Shown here piece by piece: positions 34,007-44,868 of a stretch of 64,000 bases of DNA (the stretch's first letter is position 1; every line of letters starts with the position of its first letter). The DNA comes from a virus (Duplodnaviria; Caudoviricetes). The notes beneath the pieces are model-generated. The model saw nothing but the letters and a program-made list of their open reading frames with translations. It searched no databases and had not been told where the DNA came from. The stretch is from positions 12,931 through 76,930 of the IMG/VR virus record IMGVR_UViG_3300029288_000145, one strand, 5' to 3'. Both the position numbers and the translations under genes were made by a program.

Positions 34007-37000
34007 TTACATTACCATAAAGAAGTTATGATTTGTTGCTGGTGGCGATGGTGAAGCTGATATTGACAATGACGGGCTACTTGATAATGATGTCGATGGT
34101 GAGTGTGATATTGAGGAACTTATACTCGTACTGAGTGAGGCAGATACCGAACTCGATGGCGACAGACTGATGCTTGAACTTACAGAACTTGACGGTGATA
34201 GACTGATACTTTGACTTATAGAACTAGATACAGAACTACTTGGCGATAATGATATACTGGTCGATGGAGAGGCACTGATGCTTATAGAGATACTAGTGGA
34301 AGGTGATAACGAAATAGATTCGCTTATACTTGTACTCGGCGAGACACTTGCCGATATAGACGTACTCAGGCTTGATGAAATAGATAATGATGGAGATAGA
34401 GATAGAGATGTAGATATTGAACTAGACGGGCTTACCGATGATGAAGGACTACTAGACGGTGAACTTGATATACTTGTAGAATGGGAACCCGAAAACGATT
34501 CAGATATACTTTCCGATGGTGATACGCTTGATGATAATGAATGACTTATGCTTTCAGAAATAGAGGATGATGGTGAACTACTTGGTGATGAACTTGGTGA
34601 TAATGATGGTGATGAACTTACACTCGTGCTTACAGACAATGATGGAGATAGGGATATAGATTCACTAGCTGAACTAGATGGTGATGTTGATACAGATTTT
34701 GACGGACTTATACTTGGTGAACTACTGATGCTTACGGATGGTGATGTCGATGGCGATACACTTCCCGAAATACTACTTGATACAGACAGGCTTATTGACC
34801 CAGAGGGTGAACTGCTCGGACTTAACGATACCGATTCAGATGGACTAACTGATATTGAACTGGAAATTGATAATGATGGCGATAGGCTGATACTTGATGA
34901 GGGCGATAACGATATGGATAATGAAGGACTTAATGATATTGAACCGGATGGTGAACTGGAAGGGCTGGATGATACCGACCCACTTGGACTTGTACTTATT
35001 GATGTACTTACACTTGACGATGGTGACCTGGATACACTCGAACTTGGCGAGGTTGATGGTGATACTGAACTTGATAGTGAACTACTGGGTGATTCTGATG
35101 GTGATGCACTGATGCTGGTACTTATACTTGTACTAGGAGATGTTGAGGCCGAACTGCTTATGGAACCAGAGGGACTTAATGACGGCGAACTAGATACCGA
35201 TAGTGACGGGCTTAGGCTGATGGAGGAACTTATGGATAGGGATGGTGATAAACTTATCGAACTTGATATTGACCTGGACGGTGATAATGACACCGAGGAA
35301 CTTACTGAACTACTTGGACTAAGTGATGGAGAAGTGCTTAAACTATGTGAAACCGAACTGGATATTGATAGCGATGGAGATAACGATACGCTTGACGACA
35401 ATGATGTGGATGGACTCAGTGATACCGAACTTGATACCGAACTACTTATGGATAACGAAGGGCTTAACGAAATACTACTCGATATTGACCGGGAGGGTGA
35501 CGATGATATACTTGAACTTATTGACGTTGAAGGTGACGAACTTATTGACCTGGACGCCGATGAGGAAGGACTGACCGATATTGACGATGATGGTGATACA
35601 GATATTGATGACGAGGGACTTACTGATGTAGATGGAGAAGATAGAATAATTCCCCAGAAATTTACCTTTACAGTGGTGGTGGCCGGAACACTTAAAGATG
35701 CAGAAGGACTGCTAGATAAGGATGATGACAATGAAGAACTGGCGGAACTGCTGACGGAACTACTGGCGGAACTGCTGGGTGATGAAGATACAGAACTCGA
35801 TATTGATAGGGACGGACTTAAACTTATACTTGTACTGGGTGACAGACTTGGTGATGTTGATGGACTGGCTGAACTTGATGGCGAAGAACTTACAGAGCTT
35901 GATATAGATGTTGAGTGTGATCCTGAAAACGATTCCGATATGCTTGATGAAGGTGACACGCTACTTGACGGTGAACTACTTACAGAACTAGATAAAGATG
36001 TACTCGGCGAACTACTTTCAGACGTACTCACAGAACTTGATATACTTGTTGACGGAGATATGCTTTGTGATGGAGATAGACTTGGACTGGATGATAGTGA
36101 AGTTGATGGTGAGTTGGATACAGACGTGCTTACACTCTCGCTTGGTGACGATGATAGGGAAGAACTTATACTCGTACTGGGAGATACAGAACTCGACCTG
36201 GACGAACTTGGACTGCTGGATATTGACGTGGATGGCGATGTTGAAATTGATGATGACAAACTTCGTGACGGCGAATGTGATCTTGATGAACTCACCGATG
36301 TTGAAGGAGAACTGCTTACACTTATTGACGGTGAAGTGGAAACGGAGGATGACACACTTATACTTGGCGACAGACTGATACTTGTCGATGGTGATGTTGA
36401 TGGTGAAACGCTGCTTGACACAGAACTACTCGGCGATGAACTTATTGACCGGGATGGTGACAAGCTGGGACTGGACGATACTGATTCTGATGGACTAGAT
36501 GATACAGAACTACTTATTGATGTGGAAGGACTGACAGAAGATGATAATGAGGTGCTTACAGAGGATGATACAGATTCACTCTGGGAAGAGCTGGGACTGG
36601 ATGACACACTCCTACTTGGACTTAACGATATAGATAATGATGGAGACAGGCTTGGTGAACTCGAAATTGATGAACTTGGACTTAATGAAATAGAACTGCT
36701 GATACTTAATGACGGCGACAATGACACTGAACTTGATATACTACTTGATATTGAGCTACTAATACTGGTCGATGGTGAGGCTGATATTGAAGAACTCACA
36801 CTTGTACTTGGTGAAACCGAACTGGATACAGAAGAACTTGGTGAAGAACTCAGTGAACTACTTGGTGACAACGATACCGATGAGGATAATGAGGTACTTA
36901 CAGAGGACGATAATGACCGGGACACTGACGTTGATGGCGACACCGAACTCGACACAGACGTACTCGGTGACGTACTTACACTTGTACTTACAGAACTTGA

Positions 37001-38611
37001 CGGGCTTGTTGATACTGATGAACTTGGGGAGGTGGATAATGAACTGCTTATACTTTCACTTATTGACGAACTTATTGAACTGGATGGACTGCTTGATATT
37101 GATAGACTTGGCGATAATGATATTGAACTACTTTCACTACTACTGATAGAACTACTTATAGATAATGAAGGACTTAACGAGGCCGAACTGGATGGTGATA
37201 AACTGATACTTGAAGAAATAGATAATGATGGTGACAGGCTTACGCTACTTGACGGCGACAGACTGATACTTGTTGATGGTGATAGGCTGGCCGATGGACT
37301 AGCCGATACCGATGTTGATATTGACGAGGATATTGATGATATGGGATTGCCCAAAAATATAACGACATACGCTCCATATATTCCTATTTCACCATTAACA
37401 GGGACAACAACGGTGGGTAGATAATTTTTGCCATCATTAAGGGTTAATGCTACCGTCCTTACCCTTTCCTTATTTGAATTAGCGAATTCTATTTTGGAAT
37501 TTGTTATATGGGCATCTACGGTGCCTGAGTCAGCATTATCCTCACCCAGATCGACATAAATATCACCATCAACAGATTCGTTTCCAGTGACCTCAAAATA
37601 CGGCGTATATGTAGAGTATGCGTTGGCATCAAAAAACATCCTTCCCTCTGTGTGTTCCTGCGCCACACCTATACCCGCATAACCCCGGCTGATTCTATAA
37701 TAAACGTCTATGGCGGTAACATTTATTACCCGGAGATATAATCTTGCCTCACTTATCCTGGCGTTGTAACTTTCACTGCCAGATTTTATTTTTACCTCTA
37801 TCAGATCGCCGTTATCAAAGTTTGTAGCATTGTTGGCGAAACTGACCGAACAAAGTGTTGGCGTGGTACTGTTGGTAGATACTTCACTTCCGGTTATTGC
37901 GTTTCCTGACGAATCATATAAACAGGCATATGCTGTGGATGCTGCATTTTCAGAGTACATAACAACCTCAAATGTCCATACATTACCAGAACCAATTGTA
38001 GAGAACCTGTTTTCATCCTTCTTAAAATATGCGTATCTTTTTGGTATATCTTGGGTATAAGATGTGCTTGTTGTGGAATCAACAGCAGTACCATTAAACC
38101 GTGAGGATTCTCCAAAATCACTTCCAATAAGGGGTATTTGTATTCTTGTATTTACGAACTGATTCTGTTGTACTATTATCCGTGATGAATATACCTTTAC
38201 CTCGTTATTTACCGATGTGCCGGGTATTTCTATGTCATAATCATTTGCACCACCAACCATAGATAGTGCCGCTGTGCGAAACCGGGTTGGCACCGTTGTC
38301 CCTCCCGGAACGGGTATGGCATCAATAATACTAACACCATTTACCAGGCGTGGGGAATAACTGCCGGCGTTGTCGTTTGTGGCAACTATTTCCCAGTAAT
38401 ATGTGCCATTATAGTAATCAGCGGTATCAATATTTATCCTTGTCCTTGTAAATGTTGTATCGGTGGTTGAACTGGTACAGGTAAGGCTACAATTATCCAG
38501 GGGTATTTCAAATATTGGGGAACCAGCACTTGGGCTTGGCGAACTCGACAGTGATCTTGAAGGAGATACTGAGGCTGAAGGTGAACTCGATATGGATGTT
38601 GATGTAGACAT
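34007..38611 (-). CDS. Serine-rich repeat virion-region protein (1534 aa; about 400-aa beta domain + about 1100-aa S-X-S stalk)
   Basis: Alternating Ser with P/I/V/L/T/S; one VPATTTVKVNFWGIIL spacer; hydrophobic NFFMVM C-terminus. Confidence 0.8.
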   Translation of the reverse strand: MSTSTSISSSPSASVSPSRSLSSSPSPSAGSPIFEIPLDNCSLTCTSSTTDTTFTRTRINIDTADYYNGTYYWEIVATNDNAGSYSPRLVNGVSIIDAIPVPGGTTVPTRFRTAALSMVGGANDYDIEIPGTSVNNEVKVYSSRIIVQQNQFVNTRIQIPLIGSDFGESSRFNGTAVDSTTSTSYTQDIPKRYAYFKKDENRFSTIGSGNVWTFEVVMYSENAASTAYACLYDSSGNAITGSEVSTNSTTPTLCSVSFANNATNFDNGDLIEVKIKSGSESYNARISEARLYLRVINVTAIDVYYRISRGYAGIGVAQEHTEGRMFFDANAYSTYTPYFEVTGNESVDGDIYVDLGEDNADSGTVDAHITNSKIEFANSNKERVRTVALTLNDGKNYLPTVVVPVNGEIGIYGAYVVIFLGNPISSISSSISTSVSASPSASLSPSTSISLSPSSSVSLSPSLSISSSISLSPSSSASLSPSLSISSSISSSESSSISLSPSLSISSSPSSSISSSISESISSSLSTSPSSSVSTSPSSSVSTSVSTSPSTSVSSSVSPSTSVSRSLSSSVSTSLSSSVSLSPSSSLSSSPSSSVSSSVSPSTSVSSSISASPSTSISSSISSSISSSVSLSPSLSISSSISLSPSSSISSSPSLSPSLSISLSPSRSVSSSPSSSQSESVSSSVSTSLSSSVSPSTSISSSVSSSPSESVSSSPSLSPSRSISSSPSSSVSSSVSPSTSPSTSISLSPSISVSSSVSTSPSISVSSSPSTSVSSSRSHSPSRSLSSSISTSPSTSISSSPSSSRSSSVSPSTSISSSLSSSPSESVSTSVSNSPSTSLSSSPSLSPSQSISPSTSISSSVSTSESSSPSTSLSSSVSSSPSSSVSPSSSISESFSGSHSTSISSSVSSSPSSSASPSTSPSLSPSTSISLSPSLSISSSVSSSPSSSASSSVSSSASSSLSSSLSSSPSASLSVPATTTVKVNFWGIILSSPSTSVSPSSSISVSPSSSISVSPSSSASRSISSSPSTSISSSISSSPSRSISSSISLSPSLSISSSVSSSVSLSPSTSLSSSVSLSPSLSISSSVSHSLSTSPSLSPSSSVSSSVSLSPSRSISSSISLSPSLSISSSISLSPSLSVSSSPSLSPSGSISSSASTSPSTSISTSISASPSESPSSSLSSSVSPSTSPSSSVSRSPSSSVSTSISTSPSGSVSSSPSSSPSGSISLSPSLSISLSPSSSISLSPSLSISSSISVSPSESVSLSPSSSPSGSISLSVSSSISGSVSPSTSPSVSISSSPSISPSKSVSTSPSSSASESISLSPSLSVSTSVSSSPSLSPSSSPSSSPSSSISESISHSLSSSVSPSESISESFSGSHSTSISSSPSSSPSSSVSPSSSISTSLSLSPSLSISSSLSTSISASVSPSTSISESISLSPSTSISISISASPSTSISLSPSSSVSSSISQSISLSPSSSVSSSISLSPSSSVSASLSTSISSSISHSPSTSLSSSPSLSISASPSPPATNHNFFMVM

Positions 38612-40440
38612 TACCCTTGTTGATATACCCTACAGGCTACTGTATCGGCACCATCTTTATAATTGGTTAAATCAGAAATTGTTGCTGTTAATGTAAAGTC
38701 CGTGTCCTCCGGGGAGGTGTTGTCGGAATCAATGGTATCCCATGTTAGTGTTGATCTATTATATATTTGTAGATATACGGTCACCAGTGGTGGGGGACTA
38801 TTAGTTTGTAATACACAGGTAAATATTCCAGAATTAAACGTGCCTACAAAATTTTTAAACTGGTGAATAGCATATTTCCCAGATGCACTTTGATCTACCC
38901 AGTCGTTATCTACTGCTGCAACATATATATAATCTATTGCCGAATATGACGTGCTTAGGTCATCATCTGCCGCTGGTAATGCCAAGTAGTCTCCCCGTGA
39001 ATAGTTTTCTGTGGAGGGTGACGTTGATGAACTTATGCTTGTGGATGGAGATAGGGATAATGATGAACTTGGTGAACCTGATGGTGAACTACTTAAACTT
39101 ATACTTACCGAACTTGATAATGAACTACTTAGTGATAACGATGGTGATTTGCTTATACTACCACTTACCGAACTACTAACACTGCTTGATGGTGATGGAC
39201 TGGCCGATATTGATGTTGATATTGAACGACTTGGAGAATGTGAGGCTGAGGCTGATGGTGAACTGCTTATGCTACTACTGGGTGTGCTTACTGCAATATA
39301 TGAAACCAATCCGGTTTTTACATACCTTGCTGTAGGGGTTCCGCTTGGTGTAACATCTATATCTATCGCATCGTTTGATGTAATATTATCTGTGTGAATA
39401 GTATCGTTTGCTGTTGTTGCTGCATCTGCAATAGTACATGTAAGAGTGCCATTTCCAGCATTTATACGAAGTGTTATTGCATAAGATTTTCCTGCTCCTG
39501 GTGTCCCACTTAAAGCTGCATATAGTTTTTTAAATACTGAAGTATATCCACGTTGATATGAATTAGCCTCTGTTGATATTGGCGAAAATAAAATAGTTCT
39601 ATTACAGTAATGATACCTTGTAGCACTTGTTGAGGTATTAACATTAGTACCACCAAGCAATAAACTCTCCCCGTTTATGGTTGCAACAAAAGATAATTTT
39701 CCATAAATTCTCGGTCTTGCCGATGGAGTGTTTAAAGGCACAATTTCTAATGAAACCAAATCCCCTGCAACCACGGCAACATTATGGGTCGTATCGCTTC
39801 CCGTGGTATCGTCTGCTGTTATCGTACAGGTTAATGTTGTTGCTACCCCGTTAAGATAAAGAGTAAAAGAATACGCATCTGGCGAAGTTCCGGGGTCGGC
39901 ACTTAATGAGGTAAAAAGCCTGTTTATCGTCCCTGCCGTTGGAATTATTTGAGACACCTGCACTTCTGTTGTTGATGTAACGCCTACACCGCCTCCCGTT
40001 ACGCCCTGATATTGTGTGGCTGAATTATCACACACACCACCAAACATCAAATTACTTTCATTGGCTGTTGTGCCATCGAATTTTAATACCCATGAACAGT
40101 TTGTGACTGTTGGTGTATTTGTAGGCACTGATTTTAAATAAATAATATCTCCTTCAGCAAAAGCTACTCCTGCACCTGAATAAGTACCGCCAACAGCAGC
40201 ATCGGCAATATGAACTGTTATAGCCGTATCAACTCCGTTTTTAACAACGGTAAAATCATAAGAAGTACCCGCCCCCGGTGCTGCACCAAGTTCTACATAG
40301 AAATAACTATACGTTCCAACGCAGGCAAGTTGCTTTAATACAGCCACATTAGTATTCCATGTGTCACCACCTTGGACTACGTTGTAACTATTGGCACTAT
40401 TTGATAGTGTCCCGCCCCTGCCTGTTATGCCTTGTATCAT
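38611..40440 (-). CDS. Virion-region protein with internal Ser-rich linker
   Basis: Gly/Thr-rich repeated beta domains, about 95-aa S-X-S linker (about 39010-39290), C-terminal globular domain. Confidence 0.75.
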   Translation of the reverse strand: MIQGITGRGGTLSNSANSYNVVQGGDTWNTNVAVLKQLACVGTYSYFYVELGAAPGAGTSYDFTVVKNGVDTAITVHIADAAVGGTYSGAGVAFAEGDIIYLKSVPTNTPTVTNCSWVLKFDGTTANESNLMFGGVCDNSATQYQGVTGGGVGVTSTTEVQVSQIIPTAGTINRLFTSLSADPGTSPDAYSFTLYLNGVATTLTCTITADDTTGSDTTHNVAVVAGDLVSLEIVPLNTPSARPRIYGKLSFVATINGESLLLGGTNVNTSTSATRYHYCNRTILFSPISTEANSYQRGYTSVFKKLYAALSGTPGAGKSYAITLRINAGNGTLTCTIADAATTANDTIHTDNITSNDAIDIDVTPSGTPTARYVKTGLVSYIAVSTPSSSISSSPSASASHSPSRSISTSISASPSPSSSVSSSVSGSISKSPSLSLSSSLSSSVSISLSSSPSGSPSSSLSLSPSTSISSSTSPSTENYSRGDYLALPAADDDLSTSYSAIDYIYVAAVDNDWVDQSASGKYAIHQFKNFVGTFNSGIFTCVLQTNSPPPLVTVYLQIYNRSTLTWDTIDSDNTSPEDTDFTLTATISDLTNYKDGADTVACRVYQQG

Positions 40441-40443
40441 TTC

Positions 40444-40674
40444 TTAGTTTATCTTTTTCGTCTTTGTCCAGTCAATTGTTGTTTCTGAACCTTTTTTAGT
40501 AATGATTTTTTCTTTAATTATCTCCTGTTTTTGTAATTCCATCCATCCGTTTAGCTTGACATTATTATCAATCAGATAAGCCCATGCCTCTGCACGTTCT
40601 TCTTCTGATGGATTTAACAGTGTAATTACACTTTCATCATTAAGTATGATGTTTGTTTTCCTGTTGCTTATCAT
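40444..40674 (-). CDS. Hypothetical protein
   Basis: 76-aa ORF in operon. Confidence 0.55.
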   Translation of the reverse strand: MISNRKTNIILNDESVITLLNPSEEERAEAWAYLIDNNVKLNGWMELQKQEIIKEKIITKKGSETTIDWTKTKKIN

Positions 40675-41584
40675 GTTTTTTTATTTTTATCAGATCATCG
40701 TCAGTCCATCCCGGAATCGGCCAGAATTTCTCCACAAGCCAACTTAATGGGTGAACTCCATTAAATTTGTTGTTAAGCCACAGGTCTTTTGAATACCTAC
40801 GTGCCTTTTCCTGTGCTTTCCCTGACATGGGGTAGGGAAATGAGAAGTCACCTCCCTGGGTGCGGAACATATGTCCGAACCATGTTTTTTTATTACACAC
40901 CAACCGGCCTCCGGTCAGCCACGTTTTACAGGCTATTTCCGTTCCCTGTTGTCCCCACGAACCGTGTTCTTCATCACAAAAGTTATACTTCCAGTATCTC
41001 TCCCTTGTCAACATCCAACAGGCACCGATAAGGGACATGTTTTCAACAATGTCCCCTTCTGGCTTGCGGTCATTCCAATATTGGAAATGTAGGTTGTTGT
41101 CAAACCGCCACTGGGAGGTTTTTATTCCCCTATTCGATTTCCAGATAACTTCTTTATGTGTTGGCTTTCCACATTCTTTACAGACGCCGGAGGGACTCAT
41201 ATATCTCCTGTGTCCATCCTCACACACCCAGTCGAATACGTGCCAGTTATACATGAGTGGTACAACAGTCCAGTCATCCTGCATGTCGGCCATTAGTTTG
41301 ACATCAAACCCTTCGTCAAAGGCACAGTGGGCATCACACTTCATAACGTATTTTGCCTGTGATAGCCGACAACATTGATTGGTAATTGCCCTCTGGCCTA
41401 TTGCTTCGGGTACATAAAATATTGTCAGGTCGGGATGTTGCGGTATGGGAATATGATTCCACTTACCGTCCAAACCAACGATTATTTCTGTGGCACCTCG
41501 TTTATTTTTAAGAATGTCCTCAATAGTGTTGAGTAACCATTCCTCATTTCGTGCCGGTATTAATATGGACAGGTCGTACTTCAT
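40640..41584 (-). CDS. Glycosyltransferase family 2
   Basis: LSILIPARNE, IIVGLDG, MKCDAHC (DxD-like), SLIGACWML, WGQQG.E. Confidence 0.88.
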   Translation of the reverse strand: MKYDLSILIPARNEEWLLNTIEDILKNKRGATEIIVGLDGKWNHIPIPQHPDLTIFYVPEAIGQRAITNQCCRLSQAKYVMKCDAHCAFDEGFDVKLMADMQDDWTVVPLMYNWHVFDWVCEDGHRRYMSPSGVCKECGKPTHKEVIWKSNRGIKTSQWRFDNNLHFQYWNDRKPEGDIVENMSLIGACWMLTRERYWKYNFCDEEHGSWGQQGTEIACKTWLTGGRLVCNKKTWFGHMFRTQGGDFSFPYPMSGKAQEKARRYSKDLWLNNKFNGVHPLSWLVEKFWPIPGWTDDDLIKIKKHDKQQENKHHT

Positions 41585-42102
41585 AGATTTTTCAGGTCTT
41601 TAAAGTTTGATAAAACTGTTGCCCAGGGACGACATTCCTTCCAGTCGAACCTGTATTTGAAATTGGAATACATTTCTTCCGTATATCCATAGGTATCCGG
41701 TTCTTCTGTGTCATGTAAAACAAGGAACTCTGCACTGTCCTTAAACCTGACAACATCACGTCCCCGGTATCCCCAGGTATAGTCCTTTTGTGGTACGGCG
41801 TGGTCTATAAGTATAACTCCAGCCCTGTCTTTAATGTTTACGTCTGTCATCCAGTCATTTACCTTTACGATACGGTGCATCTTGCTCTGGAACTGCTTGG
41901 CATACAGGTAGAATTGTTCTTCGCTTTCATAGGTGATAAGTTTGCGGCCAAATCCTTTACACATCCAGTGTAAGAATGGCGTACTACCAATGCCACAGCC
42001 GAACTCAATGACCGTTCCCGAACTATTGATAATAGTTTCATAGAGCATCCACATATGGGAACTCCATCCTTTGCCGACATTAACTTTGTGTTTAAGATAC
42101 AT
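41581..42102 (-). CDS. Class I SAM-dependent methyltransferase-like protein
   Basis: VIEFGCGIGST motif I, ILIDH, LVLHDTE. Confidence 0.75.
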   Translation of the reverse strand: MYLKHKVNVGKGWSSHMWMLYETIINSSGTVIEFGCGIGSTPFLHWMCKGFGRKLITYESEEQFYLYAKQFQSKMHRIVKVNDWMTDVNIKDRAGVILIDHAVPQKDYTWGYRGRDVVRFKDSAEFLVLHDTEEPDTYGYTEEMYSNFKYRFDWKECRPWATVLSNFKDLKNL

Positions 42103-42799
42103 ATAGATAGTTTTTTTTAAGGTTCGTTATTTCTCCCCAGTAGGGGACATCTGTTAATTGACTTTTCATATCCGCCCTAACACTCCAGCTAACACCCTTG
42201 CCGGTTTTAAATGTTATACACGGATTTTCAAGAGATACCCTTACCGTGTTTTTGTCATGGGTGGTAAATCGCCTCCGGAATGGCATATTATGATTTTTAT
42301 CGCCGGCAAACCATTGTGGCATACCCTCAAAGAATATTTCACATTGTTTGATAAATAGTTCCCTGTCAATAATCTGGGCACCATCGGAATCACTTTTAGG
42401 GTAGTAGTATGGATACTCTTTGGCATCAAATACTACCTGTATATTTTTCATCCTATATGCTTTACCAGGTTCACTGGGTTCAAAGGCAAAGTAATCGGGT
42501 GGATACAGATAGTCAGATTCAGCAAACACCAGATATTGAGAGGTGGCTTCCAAGGCTCCTAGATATATTTGCCGGAACTCGTTAAGATAACTCTGGCCAA
42601 CATCACCAACACATATATTGTGCCCTATATCCATAGGTTTTTGGGTAACACTTATCATTGGCAGCCCACACCTATTATGCAACATTGTTTCAACAACCTG
42701 TCTTTCAAAACGTGGGTTTTCCCTGTTGCTGCTGTAATATATTATTGTTTTATTTAACATTTGCATTACAAGTTTTACATAGTGGCATATCAAAATCAA
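42092..42799 (-). CDS. GT-A fold glycosyltransferase (paralog A)
   Basis: TIIYYS...ISVTQKP...RQIYLG...YLVFAESDYLY. Confidence 0.7.
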   Translation of the reverse strand: MILICHYVKLVMQMLNKTIIYYSSNRENPRFERQVVETMLHNRCGLPMISVTQKPMDIGHNICVGDVGQSYLNEFRQIYLGALEATSQYLVFAESDYLYPPDYFAFEPSEPGKAYRMKNIQVVFDAKEYPYYYPKSDSDGAQIIDRELFIKQCEIFFEGMPQWFAGDKNHNMPFRRRFTTHDKNTVRVSLENPCITFKTGKGVSWSVRADMKSQLTDVPYWGEITNLKKNYLYVS

Positions 42800-43484
42800 G
42801 ATTCATGTGCCTTTTCCTTAATGGTTTGGCAATTTTAATGATCTCAGCGAGACTTTGTTTAGTAATATCGCCAAGGATAACTTCGCCGTTGTAGTCCAGG
42901 CAGCACATTGACACTCTTCCATCCCATAATATACAGGTATGTTTGCTGAAGGCGTAACAGGGCACCCTGACCACTCCCTCTTTTTGTTTGGGGTCGTCAA
43001 AGTAGTCGTTAGCCCTGTAAGTGCTTACTTTTGACCGGTGTCCCCATTTTTTCTTAAAGGCTTTTTGCTTTTCAATGTCTGTATCAAGAAATACACGAGA
43101 TATTCTTACATAGAAATCGGCATTGTCAAGCAGTTTCCTTATGTTTTTTTCATAAGCATCTACCCCGTTGTCACTGCAATTTATTCCGTTCAGACATTTG
43201 TATTTCAGCACTCTGTCAACATCCATAAGTCCTCCGTTTGTAGACAGGTTTACTTTCACACCCTGTTCTTCCATATAATCCAACCATTCGTATATCCTGT
43301 CAAAAGCAAAGGGGTCACCATACAGATACGGACTGTACTGTTTGATATTGTTTTTCTTACCTTCGGAAATGATGTGGTGAAATAATTCATCACTCATTTC
43401 TCCCTTTGGTCTCGTCACACGAAGGCCAGGACAATAGGAACACTTCAGGTTACACTTGTAGGAACTTTCAAATATAAGTCTCAT
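42750..43484 (-). CDS. Radical SAM enzyme with SPASM/Twitch domain
   Basis: CNLKCSYC, YGDPF, STNG, C-terminal PC...ILWDGRVSMCCLD...C..C. Confidence 0.88.
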   Translation of the reverse strand: MRLIFESSYKCNLKCSYCPGLRVTRPKGEMSDELFHHIISEGKKNNIKQYSPYLYGDPFAFDRIYEWLDYMEEQGVKVNLSTNGGLMDVDRVLKYKCLNGINCSDNGVDAYEKNIRKLLDNADFYVRISRVFLDTDIEKQKAFKKKWGHRSKVSTYRANDYFDDPKQKEGVVRVPCYAFSKHTCILWDGRVSMCCLDYNGEVILGDITKQSLAEIIKIAKPLRKRHMNLDFDMPLCKTCNANVK

Positions 43485-44212
43485 TAGCGAAAATGTTTTA
43501 AAATTTCTTCAGCCCTTCCCCAGTATGGGATGTCATAGGCTTGTATCTCTCCATAGCTTTTGCGGTGTTTCCTCTGCCGTTCTTCACTTGCCCAGTCGTG
43601 GTTTACCTGTATGAAGGCAACCTTGGCAGCATGGGTGTCGCAACAATTCCTTAACCCCACACCCAGATTTCTCTCAACCATACCCCGGCCAACTTCACCA
43701 ACCCTGTTTTCAGGGCATCCATCAGGCCATTTTGTATAACGTTCTTCTAGGGCATCAATAAGATACTCTCTAGGAGCGATCAGGGCGGCGTTGCTTAAAC
43801 GGTTCCTCCAGTGATAGACCGGAATACCCCAGGTGAATAACGTTGCCCTGTTGCGATCATACAGAACCTCATTATCACATGGACGCCTGAAGGTGAAGTG
43901 AAATTCGTGATACAGGCAGTCATCCTCGGCTACCGCTACATATTTTGTTTCCGCCACCTTACAAGCTCTTAACATTTGCCTGTAGATGTTGTCAGTACAC
44001 TTTTTTCCATCATCCAGAATGTTGTGCCCGAAATTTAACGGCTCCCTGGACACGCTGATAATAGGAGTGTCCTTTATTGCCTCCAGTAATACCTCTTTTT
44101 GATAAGCGGCAAAGTGTGGCTTATGCTTTTCAAGCATTGAGGCCGTTAAATAGATTACTGTCATTTGTTCTATCATACGAATAATTTTAAGTATTTGTCC
44201 GGTGATTCCCAA
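43484..44212 (-). CDS. GT-A fold glycosyltransferase (paralog B)
   Basis: TVIYLTA...ISVSREP...NIYRQMLRA...VAVAEDDCLY. Confidence 0.75.
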   Translation of the reverse strand: MGITGQILKIIRMIEQMTVIYLTASMLEKHKPHFAAYQKEVLLEAIKDTPIISVSREPLNFGHNILDDGKKCTDNIYRQMLRACKVAETKYVAVAEDDCLYHEFHFTFRRPCDNEVLYDRNRATLFTWGIPVYHWRNRLSNAALIAPREYLIDALEERYTKWPDGCPENRVGEVGRGMVERNLGVGLRNCCDTHAAKVAFIQVNHDWASEERQRKHRKSYGEIQAYDIPYWGRAEEILKHFR

Positions 44213-44868
44213 TAGGGTATAGTATATGCCTGTATTCTTTTCATCTGTTTTTTATGCCTGTGTTCAATAGCCTCTTTGCCAGTGTTTTCGTTTGTGAAGT
44301 AGTCGTGATCAATTTGTATAACTCCATTATAACTCCAAAATGGGAGTGTTTTTGCCGGGGTTAGTCCTAAATACTTTTCTGATTTACCTATTTCGTTGCA
44401 GTGTTCTACCGGCACCAGTGGGTATTTATCAAATCTTTCTTCGAGACTTTTTATCACAGCTAACCGGCCTCCGACCATAAAGGCGTTTATGTAACTCTGT
44501 TTCTTTTCCATAGAGTAGATAGGCTTTGCCCAGGTATAAAGGTTCCACCTGTACTGATTATATGCTATCTCATCTATTTGCGGTGTAAAGGCGAAAAAGT
44601 GATCAGAAGCATATAAACAGTCATCCTCGGCTATGGCAATAAACGGTGTTGTTGCCAACTTTGCGCCTCTTAATATCTGCCTGTAGATATTATTGACGCC
44701 AAGTCCTCCGTCCTGGATGATGTTTTTGTCACCGAACTTCATGGGTTCACGAGATATGGTTATTATTTCACACCCATTGGAGGCTGTTAATAGAACATCC
44801 ATCTGGTAACTATGCCATTTTTCAGGAACCCGGTTTGCTGTTAAATATAATATTGTTAAGTTACTCAT
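44173..44868 (-). CDS. GT-A fold glycosyltransferase (paralog C)
   Basis: TILYLTA...ITISREP...NIYRQILRG...IAIAEDDCLY. Confidence 0.75.
   Translation of the reverse strand: MSNLTILYLTANRVPEKWHSYQMDVLLTASNGCEIITISREPMKFGDKNIIQDGGLGVNNIYRQILRGAKLATTPFIAIAEDDCLYASDHFFAFTPQIDEIAYNQYRWNLYTWAKPIYSMEKKQSYINAFMVGGRLAVIKSLEERFDKYPLVPVEHCNEIGKSEKYLGLTPAKTLPFWSYNGVIQIDHDYFTNENTGKEAIEHRHKKQMKRIQAYTIPYWESPDKYLKLFV

Noticed and set aside
34278-37424. 958-aa and 88-aa D/E/L/G-rich ORFs antisense to the Ser-rich gene
   Set aside because: In this frame a stop needs a sense codon starting TA or CA (Tyr, His, Gln), which S/P/I/V/L/T repeats almost lack; the one break (34542-34544) falls at a His codon. The open frame follows from composition, and I saw no promoter for it.
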